Counted from the stretch's first letter, positions 18,607 to 28,859 are shown. The stretch: 58,558 nt of DNA from a virus (IMGVR_UViG_3300047550_005955:1-58558); one strand, 5' to 3'. The notes: generated from the sequence alone by a model not told the origin. Translations and numbers: made by a program.

Positions 18607-19106
18607 AAATAACTAAATCAAGATTATTAGAAATCATAAAAGAAGAAGTTGCTTTATATACAAAAAGCAAACAACAAAGTTTATATGAGTTTAATGTTGT
18701 TGATTTAATGGAGATGCTCAATGAAGAGCCAGCCGATAAAGACGATGATGGACAAATATCGAAAAAAGAGTTTGAAGAAATAGTCGACTCGGAAGAAGAA
18801 CATGCTGGATTAGAAGAAGTGGAACAGGTCAAACACAAAGGTAAAACCTATAAAGCGTCGGCATCCACAATGAAGGCTATTAGAGGTGGTGGCGGTGGAC
18901 CTGGAAAAGTAACACCAGCCGAGTTTAAAAAAGCAGTTGATCAAGCAAAAAGTTGGGCAGATGATCCGGAAGCGGTTGCAGCAGCAGGAAGATTAATCGC
19001 AAAGAAAAAAGCCGGCACCATGGAAGAATCAGATGTAGAAGAAGACAAACTGCTAGATCCAAAAACCAAAGAACCACTCAACAAACATAAAAAGCCAAAG
19101 CATTGA
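18603..19106 (+). CDS. Putative internal head protein (MKITKSRLLEIIKEE leader)
   Basis: N-terminal motif shared with 24702, 25282, 26655. Confidence 0.55.
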   Translation: MKITKSRLLEIIKEEVALYTKSKQQSLYEFNVVDLMEMLNEEPADKDDDGQISKKEFEEIVDSEEEHAGLEEVEQVKHKGKTYKASASTMKAIRGGGGGPGKVTPAEFKKAVDQAKSWADDPEAVAAAGRLIAKKKAGTMEESDVEEDKLLDPKTKEPLNKHKKPKH

Positions 19107-19114
19107 TATGAAAT

Positions 19115-20707
19115 ATGGGACATTCTCTTACAAAAGAACAGGTAAAGGAAGAAATAAAAAAGTGTGGTAGAGATCCCACATATTTTATAAGCAACTATTG
19201 TAAGATATCTCACCCAGAAAAAGGCTTAATACCATTCGGTCTTTATGGATATCAAGAGCAAACCATAAAAGATTTCGAAGATTATCGATTTAATATCGTA
19301 TTAAAAGCGCGACAACTTGGTTTATCGACAGCAGTAGCCGGATATATTGCTTGGATGCTTCTTTTCCGCAGACAAAAGAGCGTTCTTGTAATAGCAACAA
19401 AACTTGATGTTGCGGCAAACCTTGTAAAAAAAGTTAAAAAAATGATCAAATACGTTCCAGAGTGGTTGCGTATTGCTGAAATAAGTATTGATAATAGAAA
19501 CAGTTTCGAGTTAAACAACGGTTCGTGGATCAAGGCTTCCTCAACAAGTGAAAGCGCTGGTCGTTCAGAAGCACTATCTTTGCTGGTGATAGATGAAGCG
19601 GCATTCGTAGATGGCATGGATGAACTTTGGAAAAGTATATTTCCCACGCTATCAACTGGTGGTCGCTGTGTCGCTATATCAACACCAAATGGTGTTGGTA
19701 ACTGGTTTCACGAAACATATACAAACGCTGAAAACAAAACAAACGATTTTCATGCGATAAAACTAAACTGGGATGCGCACCCTGAACGCGATCGTGCTTG
19801 GTTTGAAGCAACCACGCGAAATATGAACAGGCGAGACGTCGCGCAAGAGTTGGAATGTTCATTTAATGCTTCTGGTGAAGGCGTAATCCATCCAGAAGAT
19901 ATGGAAAAGTTGCGCTCAATAACAGTTGAACCAAAATATCGTACCGGATTTGATCGCAACTATTGGATATGGGAAGAACACAGACCAGAGTTTAAATACT
20001 TAATGGTTGCCGACGTTGCTCGCGGCGATGGAAAAGACTATTCTGCCTTCCATATTATTAAAATCGAAACAATGGAACAAGTAGCAGAGTATCAAGGCAA
20101 AATAGCGCCAGATATATATGCAGATATGTTGTTTCAAACAGGAAAAGAATATGGAAATGCTCTTCTTGTTGTAGAAAATAATAATATTGGTTATAATGTT
20201 CTTGGAAAACTAATAGAAAGAAACTATCCAAATCTTTATTATTCTGTTAAATCAACTCACGAATACATAGAGCAAGTTCAAGCGGAATATATGAACAATT
20301 CTATCCCAGGTTTCTCAACAACCCCAAAAACCCGTCCAATGATTGTTGCTAAGTTGGAAGAATTTATCAGAAATAGTATAATTAAAATATATTCATCGCG
20401 CACAATAGAAGAATTGTCGACTTTTATATGGAACAACGGAAGACCGGAGGCGATGAGAGGAAGAAACGACGATTTAACAATGTCTCTTGCTATTGCTTGT
20501 TGGGTAAGAGATACCGCTTTAACTGTTGCAAAAACTGATGTAGAATATACAAAGGCAATGTTTAACTCTATTATGGTAGCAAATACACGAGTTCAAACAA
20601 AAATACCCGGGCAGGTAGGATATGATAGAAAATATAGCAATGATTCGGTAGACACCAAGCAGTTAAAAGAGTTCTATAATATGTATAACTGGCTTTATAA
20701 GGGATAA
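19115..20707 (+). CDS. Terminase large subunit (T4 gp17-like)
   Basis: LKARQLGLST Walker A, LVIDEAA Walker B, STPNG, DVARGDGKDYSAF nuclease motif. Confidence 0.95.
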   Translation: MGHSLTKEQVKEEIKKCGRDPTYFISNYCKISHPEKGLIPFGLYGYQEQTIKDFEDYRFNIVLKARQLGLSTAVAGYIAWMLLFRRQKSVLVIATKLDVAANLVKKVKKMIKYVPEWLRIAEISIDNRNSFELNNGSWIKASSTSESAGRSEALSLLVIDEAAFVDGMDELWKSIFPTLSTGGRCVAISTPNGVGNWFHETYTNAENKTNDFHAIKLNWDAHPERDRAWFEATTRNMNRRDVAQELECSFNASGEGVIHPEDMEKLRSITVEPKYRTGFDRNYWIWEEHRPEFKYLMVADVARGDGKDYSAFHIIKIETMEQVAEYQGKIAPDIYADMLFQTGKEYGNALLVVENNNIGYNVLGKLIERNYPNLYYSVKSTHEYIEQVQAEYMNNSIPGFSTTPKTRPMIVAKLEEFIRNSIIKIYSSRTIEELSTFIWNNGRPEAMRGRNDDLTMSLAIACWVRDTALTVAKTDVEYTKAMFNSIMVANTRVQTKIPGQVGYDRKYSNDSVDTKQLKEFYNMYNWLYKG

Positions 20708-20710
20708 TAA

Positions 20711-22798
20711 ATGGCTGACAACTCAAAACCAATAAATCGTAGTGATATGAGAAACATTAATCCACGCGGGTCAAGGATTAACAGCGATAGAAACCCATAT
20801 AATCCGGATAATAATCTTTTTAAGCGTTTAACAAGACTTTTCTCTGGTCCAATAGTAAACCGTCGTCAGCAACAATATAAAAGTGAGCGACGTCGCAGAC
20901 TGGATAAATATCAGTTTCAATCTGCACAAGGTCAACAGTTCAAGAAGTCATCATATAACCCATTTGATTATGTCCACTCACAGAGTATGGCGAATCAAAA
21001 CCGTGCTGAAAGATATGTTGATTTTGAACAAATGGAATACACACCAGAAATTGCCTCTGCATTAGACATATACGCAGATGAAATGACCACTAGCAACGAA
21101 CTAGAAAAACTTTTATCAATCGATTGCCCAAATGAAGAAATAAAAAGCGTTCTACATGGGTTATATTATGACATTTTAAATGTAGAGTTCAACCTATTTG
21201 GTTGGTGCCGAACGATGTGCAAGTTTGGTGATTTCTTTCTTTATCTAGATATCGATGAGCGAGATGGAATAAAGAATGCTATTGGTATTCCACCATATGA
21301 AATCGAGCGCATTGAGGGCGAGGATGAGAAAAACCCAAACTATGTCCAGTTCCAGTGGAATAGTGGCGGTATGACTTTTGAAAACTGGCAACTAGCCCAT
21401 TTCCGTATTCTTGGAAACGATAAATATGCTCCATATGGAACAAGCACATTAGAAGCCGCACGCCGCATATGGCGACAGTTGACACTACTAGAAGATGCAA
21501 TGATGGCTTATCGCATTGTACGTTCAGCAGAACGCCGTGTGTTTTATATTGATGTTGGAAATGTCGCTCCAAACGATGTTGAACAGTTCATGCAAAAAGC
21601 AATGACCCAACTTAAACGCAATCAAGTTGTTGACGAAAAGACCGGACGTGTTGATTTAAGATACAATCCGTTGTCAATTGAAGAAGATTATTTTATTCCT
21701 ATCCGTGGTCAGGCATCAACAAAGATTGAAAGTTTGGCTGGTGGTCAATATACTGGCGATATCGATGATGTTAAATATTTGCGCGATAAGTTATTCAGTG
21801 CACTAAAAATACCACAAAGTTATTTATCTCGTGGTGAGGGTAGCGAAGAAGATAAGACAACCTTGGCACAAAAAGATATTCGTTTTGCTCGTACAATACA
21901 ACGCTTGCAGCGCTCGGTAATAAGCGAACTGGAGAAGATAGGGATTATACATCTTTTCGTTCTTGGATATAGAAACGAAGATTTAGTCAAGTTTAAACTA
22001 AAACTGAATAATCCATCAAAGATTGCAGAACTTCAAGAGTTGGAAACTTGGAAAACGCGTTTTGAAGTTGCAAGTGGCGCAACAGAAGGATATTTCAGTC
22101 GTCGTTGGGTAGCCAAGAAAATCTTCAACATGACTGATGAAGAGTTCTTACGCAATCAGCGTGAAATGTTCTATGATAGTAAGTTTAAGGCTGCAGTAGA
22201 AAAAGCAGGAGCAGATGTAGAAGCCGCAGCAGGAGATCAAGATAGTGGATTAGGTGGAATGGCACCATCAACGGGTGGAGAAGAAACCCCGCCAGTCGAC
22301 TTAGGTGCATTAACGGCAGAACCAGAAGGTGCTGCTACAACACCAGATAATGCGGCGGCAGAAGCACCTGCTGAAACACCAGCAGGTGGCGGAGGAGAAA
22401 GTTCACTATTGGCAGCACCAGGTAAACGCGATGATCGCATGACAACTACGCCTGCTTCTAGGGGAAAACTATATCTTCCAGCCAAATATAAAGGTGGAGA
22501 TCATAGACCACAAGGGGCACGTACAAGAAGTTATCAATCAAAGTTCAGTAAAGAATTGAGCGGAGGCTCAGAAAGAAACGTTTGGGGATCTGGCGCGCAA
22601 GAAATAATGGGCTTGTCTAATGGAATTTACGAAGAATATGAAAATAGTTATACTAAAGAGATACTTAGTGAAGGAAAAGAAACAAAAGAAGTGCCACTAG
22701 AACAAAAAATACTTCAGAACAATGATGATCTAAAAAAGTTACTCAAATCTTTGGAGATTAAGGATGCAGGAAAAAAAGATGATAAAAACAAAGCATAA
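20711..22798 (+). CDS. Portal protein (T4 gp20-like) with a long low-complexity C-terminal extension
   Basis: YRIVRSAERRVFYIDVGN, EEDYFIP.RG, DIDDVKY, DIRFARTIQRLQ. Confidence 0.95.
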   Translation: MADNSKPINRSDMRNINPRGSRINSDRNPYNPDNNLFKRLTRLFSGPIVNRRQQQYKSERRRRLDKYQFQSAQGQQFKKSSYNPFDYVHSQSMANQNRAERYVDFEQMEYTPEIASALDIYADEMTTSNELEKLLSIDCPNEEIKSVLHGLYYDILNVEFNLFGWCRTMCKFGDFFLYLDIDERDGIKNAIGIPPYEIERIEGEDEKNPNYVQFQWNSGGMTFENWQLAHFRILGNDKYAPYGTSTLEAARRIWRQLTLLEDAMMAYRIVRSAERRVFYIDVGNVAPNDVEQFMQKAMTQLKRNQVVDEKTGRVDLRYNPLSIEEDYFIPIRGQASTKIESLAGGQYTGDIDDVKYLRDKLFSALKIPQSYLSRGEGSEEDKTTLAQKDIRFARTIQRLQRSVISELEKIGIIHLFVLGYRNEDLVKFKLKLNNPSKIAELQELETWKTRFEVASGATEGYFSRRWVAKKIFNMTDEEFLRNQREMFYDSKFKAAVEKAGADVEAAAGDQDSGLGGMAPSTGGEETPPVDLGALTAEPEGAATTPDNAAAEAPAETPAGGGGESSLLAAPGKRDDRMTTTPASRGKLYLPAKYKGGDHRPQGARTRSYQSKFSKELSGGSERNVWGSGAQEIMGLSNGIYEEYENSYTKEILSEGKETKEVPLEQKILQNNDDLKKLLKSLEIKDAGKKDDKNKA

Positions 22799-23624
22799 CA
22801 AAAAAAGAAACACTGCATTTCTTTATGAAGTTATTATTCGTGAAATAACTTCATCAATCATTGAAAAGAACAATGATAAAAAGAACTTCTTAATCGGCGT
22901 TCTCAAAGAGTTTTTTGGGACAAATAAGATATTAAAAAAAGAGTTAGATCTATATGGTGCCATCAACCAAACTCACGGAATGGATAAAGAGGTGGCAGAA
23001 AAACTTCTTCGCGAAGCAAAGTTTCAATACGAAACTCTAGATAAAAAAAATATTTTTAATCAACAAACAAAACTCATTAATGTGTTAAGCAGGTACTCAA
23101 ACGGAAAAATATTTTCCAGATTTGTACCAGATTATAAAAATCTAGCAACAATATCTCAGGTTTTTAATAATAGTGTGCCAATAAAAGAAAAAATATTATT
23201 GGAAACGACGCTGGTTAATAAAATGGTATCTTCACAGGAAGAATCAGAAAAAGAAAAACTCCAGACAATTGACAGTCTAACTTATAAACTATTTGTTAAA
23301 AAGTTTAATGAACAATACAGCGCATCTTTATTGTCTGAACAAAAACAACTAATAACAAAATATGTTATGAGTTTTGCCGATAGTGGAATAGAGTTTAAAC
23401 TTTTCCTAAACGAAGAGATAGAAAGAATAAAAAATGCACTGAAAAGTTCTGCAGGCAACAAAGAAATATCTGGCGATCCAGTGATGGCTAAAAAAACAAA
23501 TCTCGTTCTTGAAAAAGTTGAAAAATATAAAGAGCGTCAAATAGATGTTGACATGATAAAGGAAGTGTTAAAAATCCAAAGTCTTCTTGGTGAGATGTCT
23601 AATGAAACAGAGGGAACCGTATAA
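22779..23624 (+). CDS. Helical head-module protein, function unknown
   Basis: KHNKKRNTAFLYE N-terminus; directly follows portal. Confidence 0.7.
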   Translation: MIKTKHNKKRNTAFLYEVIIREITSSIIEKNNDKKNFLIGVLKEFFGTNKILKKELDLYGAINQTHGMDKEVAEKLLREAKFQYETLDKKNIFNQQTKLINVLSRYSNGKIFSRFVPDYKNLATISQVFNNSVPIKEKILLETTLVNKMVSSQEESEKEKLQTIDSLTYKLFVKKFNEQYSASLLSEQKQLITKYVMSFADSGIEFKLFLNEEIERIKNALKSSAGNKEISGDPVMAKKTNLVLEKVEKYKERQIDVDMIKEVLKIQSLLGEMSNETEGTV

Positions 23625-24197
23625 ATGGCTGATATAGAAGTTAAACTTGACGATCAAGACACGTCATCAGACTTTACTTCCGATATGGATACTGCCGATA
23701 AACAAGAAAAATCGGTTAAGTTTAACATTAAGTTGAAAGCAAGAAAAACGATTGATGGAAACATTATTGTGTCCGATCATCCGGATATCGATATCGTTAT
23801 AATGCCAGAAAAAATGAAAGTTATTACATTTGCCAAAGATAATTTTGACGACACTGTTTATGAAACACAAAATCGAATGTTTAAATATCTTTTCAGAAAA
23901 GGTGTATTAGTACCAGATAGCGTTTGTGGTAGCAATGTTTATGGTTCTTTGGAAGGAAAAATCCAGCAACCAAAACAAGAAATACCAATCGATGACCTCA
24001 TGTTGATGTTGGTTGGAAAGTTTATAGAACAAGAAAAACCATCATACATGTACCAAAAATCACTTGAAGACGTGTTTGTTGATAATGTAACAAATCCAGG
24101 CGAAGAAAACAGTACAGAGTTGGGAGAAGTCCCAGCGGCAACAGAAAAAGGTTCTGTACCAATTCATCAAGTTCGTCGTTATGCGTACGGTCTATGA
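23625..24197 (+). CDS. Hypothetical protein
   Basis: 190-aa ORF abutting both neighbours; GAGGG RBS. Confidence 0.7.
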   Translation: MADIEVKLDDQDTSSDFTSDMDTADKQEKSVKFNIKLKARKTIDGNIIVSDHPDIDIVIMPEKMKVITFAKDNFDDTVYETQNRMFKYLFRKGVLVPDSVCGSNVYGSLEGKIQQPKQEIPIDDLMLMLVGKFIEQEKPSYMYQKSLEDVFVDNVTNPGEENSTELGEVPAATEKGSVPIHQVRRYAYGL

Positions 24198-24535
24198 TGA
24201 ACTTAATAGTTTTTATTCTTGCTTGTGCGGGACTAACACAAATACTTTGCTATGCAAAGATATTTGACAATATCAGACCACAAAAAGGGTTCTTTGGTGA
24301 ACTCTTTTCTTGTTCTATGTGTATTGGTTTTCATGTAGGATATTCTCTCTTTTTGTTGTTTTGGCATTTTGATATAGTGCTGTTTCCAAATATATTTGCC
24401 GGGTCATTTATATTTGCCGCTATATCATCTTTTACAAGTTATTTCTTAGATAAAGCGATAAGCGATGAAGGAATCGCAATAAAAGCGGGCAATAAAGCAA
24501 ATATTAAAGACTATCCATATGATAAATGGGTATGA
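24194..24535 (+). CDS. Membrane protein with CxxC (DUF1360-like)
   Basis: Three hydrophobic segments, ELFSCSMCIGF. Confidence 0.6.
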   Translation: MMNLIVFILACAGLTQILCYAKIFDNIRPQKGFFGELFSCSMCIGFHVGYSLFLLFWHFDIVLFPNIFAGSFIFAAISSFTSYFLDKAISDEGIAIKAGNKANIKDYPYDKWV

Positions 24536-24563
24536 GCAGCATATTTATTGTGAAGAGGTGTAT

Positions 24564-24650
24564 ATGCGAAATACTGGTTTAACAAACATTTCGATTCGTA
24601 AATGGTTTCTACCTTCAACAAACGTAAGGCGTTGCTGTAAGGGAAGTTAA
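24564..24650 (+). CDS. 28-aa peptide ending RRCCKGS (absent from ORF track)
   Basis: Late motif at 24541, GAGGTG RBS, MRNTGLTNISIRKWFLPSTNVRRCCKGS*, followed by GCAGG-TTGCG-CCTGC hairpin. Confidence 0.5.
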   Translation: MRNTGLTNISIRKWFLPSTNVRRCCKGS

Positions 24651-24701
24651 GTCGTGCAGGTTGCGCCTGCTTATATATTTATAAACTGGGAAACTTTTAA
24701 A

Positions 24702-25289
24702 ATGAAGATATCAAGAGAAGAACTACAAGAAATCATCAAAGAAGAGTTAACAAAACTTATTAGTGAAGAAAAACTCGATGAAGGTTTTTTAGATAAACTA
24801 TTGGGAAAAGATTCTGTTAAGTTTGGTGATTTTGTAACTGGAGATGAAATAAAGAAAAAACTTGATGTTGTCCAACAAGCGCTCGGACAACTACGTGGCT
24901 TGGCTGCAAAACAAGACAATAAGCAACTCGCCCTAGGAATAACAAATATTTCAGACAACGTTGCACAGTTATATGGCATGACAACCCCAGCCGGCGAAAA
25001 ACTTCAAACGATTGACTCTGAGTTTCTAAAAAACTTAAAAGATAGACTCGAATCTGGTAGCAAGAAGGATAGCAGAGCAAGACTTATGAGTGTTTTAGCA
25101 AAAATATCCCCAGAAACAAAAAATGTTCCAGAAAACACAGAACAGTTAAGGGCTCTTGTGTTAAGTAAACTACGTGGCATGCCAGATCCAGAAATGTATG
25201 GAAAAAAGAAGTTTAGCCCAGCAGTTGGAAGAGCGTCATCTGTTGCTTCATCTGCAAAACTTGAAGAAGGCGAAGCAGAAGATGAGTAA
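24702..25289 (+). CDS. Putative internal head protein (MKISREELQEIIKEE leader)
   Basis: Late motif upstream; shared leader. Confidence 0.6.
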   Translation: MKISREELQEIIKEELTKLISEEKLDEGFLDKLLGKDSVKFGDFVTGDEIKKKLDVVQQALGQLRGLAAKQDNKQLALGITNISDNVAQLYGMTTPAGEKLQTIDSEFLKNLKDRLESGSKKDSRARLMSVLAKISPETKNVPENTEQLRALVLSKLRGMPDPEMYGKKKFSPAVGRASSVASSAKLEEGEAEDE

Positions 25290-26049
25290 AATATCCGAAC
25301 AACAACTAAAAGAAATAATACGCGAGGAACTGCAAGAACAGGGTATTCTTTCTAAAATAGGCAAATGGTTCAAAAAAACCCCACAGCCGGGAGTGACAGA
25401 TCCTGGAGTTTTTGATAAACCAACTGCCGTTTCAAAACCACCAGAAGCCACAACTTCTCCGGTACCTACACTAGACGAACCAGAAAAGGAAAAGCAGTCT
25501 GCTGCTTCTTCTGTGTCCGCCGAACCACAACAACCAGCAGCAGGACAGCCAGAACAACAGCCACAAGAGCCCAGAAGTATTAAGCCACCTAAAGGCGCTA
25601 GAGACATTAAAGGCAGTGTTGAGTACAAAAAATCTATGTCTGATTTATCTTCAATTTTATCAAAAGCAGAATTTATTAAAAGCGACATAGCACAAAAAAT
25701 AGTTAATGATATACACTCATTAATGGGTAATGGAAAATTTAGCACTCTCGTACTAAAAGAACAAGAACATATATTAAATATTTCACAAATCTTGGATAAA
25801 AATGGCATAAAAGGAACTTTTAAAATCAAGTTGTTAAAATTAATAAGTGATTGGGCTGCAGCCAATAGTAAAATAGTAAAAAATGAAATTGGAAAGTCCT
25901 TAAGTCAAGTTCCTACTGTACAAACAACACAGCCGGCAAAACCAGTTACTGCTCCTTTGCAAAAAGGGATGGAAAAAGCAGGTGGAAGACTTGGCGAGTC
26001 TGTAGAAAATAAAATATATGATAAATGGAAAAGATTAGTAAAAGGTTAA
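25282..26049 (+). CDS. Putative internal head protein (MSKISEQQLKEIIREE leader)
   Basis: Shared leader; Pro/Gln-rich linker. Confidence 0.6.
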   Translation: MSKISEQQLKEIIREELQEQGILSKIGKWFKKTPQPGVTDPGVFDKPTAVSKPPEATTSPVPTLDEPEKEKQSAASSVSAEPQQPAAGQPEQQPQEPRSIKPPKGARDIKGSVEYKKSMSDLSSILSKAEFIKSDIAQKIVNDIHSLMGNGKFSTLVLKEQEHILNISQILDKNGIKGTFKIKLLKLISDWAAANSKIVKNEIGKSLSQVPTVQTTQPAKPVTAPLQKGMEKAGGRLGESVENKIYDKWKRLVKG

Positions 26050-26052
26050 TAT

Positions 26053-26658
26053 ATGAACAAGTTTCTATTACGCGAATACTTTGAACTTTGTGAAGGCGGT
26101 GTTTGTCAGGATTTATTGACAGAAGCCGAAAAAGTATTTGTTAAAAGCGGCGGAATGATGCTTACAGGTGTGATGCAACGCGCTGATGCAAAAAATGGAA
26201 ATGGTCGTGTATATCCAGAAAATATATTACGCCGCGAAGTAGAAAACTATAAAAAACTAGTTTCTGAAAATCGTGCCCTTGGAGAACTAGATCATCCAGA
26301 TGAAAGCGTGATCAATCTTAAAAATGCCTCGCATATTGTTACAGACATATGGTGGAACGGCAAAGATGTAATGGGTAAAGTAAAAGTATTATCAACACCA
26401 TCTGGGCAAATATTAAAATCACTTGTTGAAAGTGGAGTTAAACTTGGTATATCATCGCGCGGCTTGGGCAGTGTAAAAGAAAGAGTGGGATTAACCATGG
26501 TTGAAGATGATTTTCAACTTATATGTTTTGACTTTGTAAGCGAGCCATCAACAATTGGGGCTTTTATGAACTTAAGTGAGAGTAAAAAATCTCCAAATAT
26601 TTTTACAAAAGCGGATAGAATAAACCGTTTACTAAACGATATTGTGGGTGTTGAATGA
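26053..26658 (+). CDS. Prohead protease (T4 gp21-like)
   Basis: NGNGRVYP, ALGELDHP, GISSRGLGS, DFVSEPS. Confidence 0.95.
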   Translation: MNKFLLREYFELCEGGVCQDLLTEAEKVFVKSGGMMLTGVMQRADAKNGNGRVYPENILRREVENYKKLVSENRALGELDHPDESVINLKNASHIVTDIWWNGKDVMGKVKVLSTPSGQILKSLVESGVKLGISSRGLGSVKERVGLTMVEDDFQLICFDFVSEPSTIGAFMNLSESKKSPNIFTKADRINRLLNDIVGVE

Positions 26659-27113
26659 AAAAAAGTGAGTTAAAGGAACTGATCAAGCCGATTGTAAAAG
26701 AATGTGTTGAAGAAAGTGTGCGCGAAATAGTGTTAGAAAGCGGGCTTCTTTCTTCTGTTATTAATGAGGTTGTTAGGGGAACGTTACCGCTATTAGTTGA
26801 AGCGGCAAGCAAACAAGAAGCCAGAATAGAAACCCCAAAACAAAAACAACCACCAAAAAATAACGAGTTGATGGAACAACTAAAACGAGAAAGACAGCAA
26901 ACGGCATCAGAATATGCACAGCAAAATGCTGCTGTTGCAAGTTCTCTTTCAATGAAGGTGGGTAATATAGATGTATTTAAAGGTACAAAACCTGCTCCAG
27001 CAGAAACAGTTAATGAGGGAGTTGCAAATCCGCTCGGTGGAGTTGACCCTCGTGACCCCGGTGTTGATATTAGCCGCCTACTTGGTGGCAAAAAGTTTAT
27101 TAATGTAAAATAA
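26655..27113 (+). CDS. Hypothetical head-module protein
   Basis: MKKSELKELIK..VKE leader; DPRDPGVDIS C-terminus. Confidence 0.65.
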   Translation: MKKSELKELIKPIVKECVEESVREIVLESGLLSSVINEVVRGTLPLLVEAASKQEARIETPKQKQPPKNNELMEQLKRERQQTASEYAQQNAAVASSLSMKVGNIDVFKGTKPAPAETVNEGVANPLGGVDPRDPGVDISRLLGGKKFINVK

Positions 27114-27123
27114 CGAGGCAAAA

Positions 27124-27327
27124 ATGAAAGTAAGTTTAGACGAAGTCGGTGGAAATGTAGATAAAATGATAAAGCGTTTTCTTAAAAAAACAAAGAAAAT
27201 GCGAATCGTAGAAGGATGTCTAGAAAGAAGATATTATATGAAGCCTTCTGCTAGAAAAAACGAAGAACGTAGACGCCGCGCAAGGATATTGGAAAAAGAA
27301 AAACAAGCGCTTCCAAAAGAAGATTGA
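27124..27327 (+). CDS. rpsU: Phage-encoded 30S ribosomal protein bS21
   Basis: 67 aa, basic; NVDKMIKRFLKK..RRYYMKPS..K..RRR; GAGG RBS. Confidence 0.85.
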   Translation: MKVSLDEVGGNVDKMIKRFLKKTKKMRIVEGCLERRYYMKPSARKNEERRRRARILEKEKQALPKED

Positions 27328-27362
27328 AGAATCTAATTAATAGATTGTAAACTGGAGGCTGG

Positions 27363-28859
27363 ATGGCTAAAATAGTTGTCAAAACCAATGGTGAAATATC
27401 CAGTTCCGCTGGTATTATTATACCCAGCGGTTTAACTATTTCTGGAAATGTAATAATTGGCGACAATTTTACAGACACATTAACAGTTAATGCAGCCGCC
27501 ACTTTCAATGACGACTTAACAGTTATCGATACTATTTCTGGATCGATTGGTAGGTATACATCGATAACTGGCTCGATTGTTACCGGCTCAACAGCACAGT
27601 TTACAACTGTAACTGGTTCAATTGTTACTGGATCGTCTGCTAGATTCAATAATATCACAGGAACAATACTGTTGGCGAATGCAACAGAGTTTGTTACTGG
27701 GAGTTTAAGTGCTGGTGAGAGAACGAATTTACAAAATAATACAAAAATATATTCTTTTGGTTCAATAACTGCACAAAGTGGCACAGCAGCAGCACCGGCA
27801 TTTAATTTTGGCGCACAACCTGGCAGTGGAATGTTCTGGGCTGCAAATGCTCAAGTGGGATTTTCTGCCAATGGAACAGAAGTTATGCGTTATGTTAATG
27901 ACGCAAATAGTCCAAAATTAGGAATCAATCAAAACTCTCCAACAGGTCTTTTACACGCTACTTTATCAACATCAACGCCAAATCTAGCAAAAATCATAGT
28001 AAGCAACCCAACTGCGGGAAACACAAATATTTCTTATGATCTGCAAGGTGATCAAAGTCTCAATATAAGGCTATTAAATATTCCACATAATGCAACTGCT
28101 TTTGGAGAGTGGACTCGCGGTGGAGTTTTGCATGCCAGTGGTTCAACAGCGCTATCAAATGATTCTAATCTGCATTATTCTGCTGTAACTCATAAGTGGT
28201 ATAGAAACGCGGGATCTGGTTCTGCTGATAGGACAATGACACTAAATTCAAGTGGCAACCTTGGGATAGGAAACTCATCGCCAAATGCAAAACTAGATGT
28301 CAATGGAAACGCAATAGTTTCCGGAAATCTTACCATAACTGGTTCAACGGCGCTAGCAACAATAAGTGGAACAACTGCACAGTTTACAACTATAACTTCT
28401 TCATTTACTGGATCTGGTGCCGGTCTATATAACCTAACTGCATCTGGTATATCTAACTTTACAAATGATGTGCGCGCACAGTTTAGTGCTGGTACAAACA
28501 TAACAATCGCTAATGGTATTATATCATCAACCGGCGGTGGTGGTGGCGGAGGATCTGCTGATCTTGGATTAGTTAAGAATGTCGTATTTGTTACTGGATC
28601 TACGGTTTTAACAAATGACAATCACGTTGTTTTAGTTAACTGCAGTACGCAATCTATAACCTTAACTCTTCCCTCTGCTTCTTCTGCCGGCATTAGAAAT
28701 TTTATCGTGAAGAAAATAGACTCTACCAGCAATAACGTTACAATATCCGGCTCAACAACAAGTGAAAAAATAGATGGAAATAATAGTATTTCTTTCTATA
28801 CTCAATATGAGTGTTTTACGATAATCAGCGACGCAACTTCTAGTTGGTACATCGTCTAA
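27363..28859 (+). CDS. Virion fibre/appendage protein, paralog of 32..1483 with a different tip
   Basis: GGAGG RBS; shared SITAQSGTAA..RNAGSGSADR block; poly-Gly hinge; VLVNC..TLTLP..VKKIDS..SWYIV tip. Confidence 0.75.
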   Translation: MAKIVVKTNGEISSSAGIIIPSGLTISGNVIIGDNFTDTLTVNAAATFNDDLTVIDTISGSIGRYTSITGSIVTGSTAQFTTVTGSIVTGSSARFNNITGTILLANATEFVTGSLSAGERTNLQNNTKIYSFGSITAQSGTAAAPAFNFGAQPGSGMFWAANAQVGFSANGTEVMRYVNDANSPKLGINQNSPTGLLHATLSTSTPNLAKIIVSNPTAGNTNISYDLQGDQSLNIRLLNIPHNATAFGEWTRGGVLHASGSTALSNDSNLHYSAVTHKWYRNAGSGSADRTMTLNSSGNLGIGNSSPNAKLDVNGNAIVSGNLTITGSTALATISGTTAQFTTITSSFTGSGAGLYNLTASGISNFTNDVRAQFSAGTNITIANGIISSTGGGGGGGSADLGLVKNVVFVTGSTVLTNDNHVVLVNCSTQSITLTLPSASSAGIRNFIVKKIDSTSNNVTISGSTTSEKIDGNNSISFYTQYECFTIISDATSSWYIV

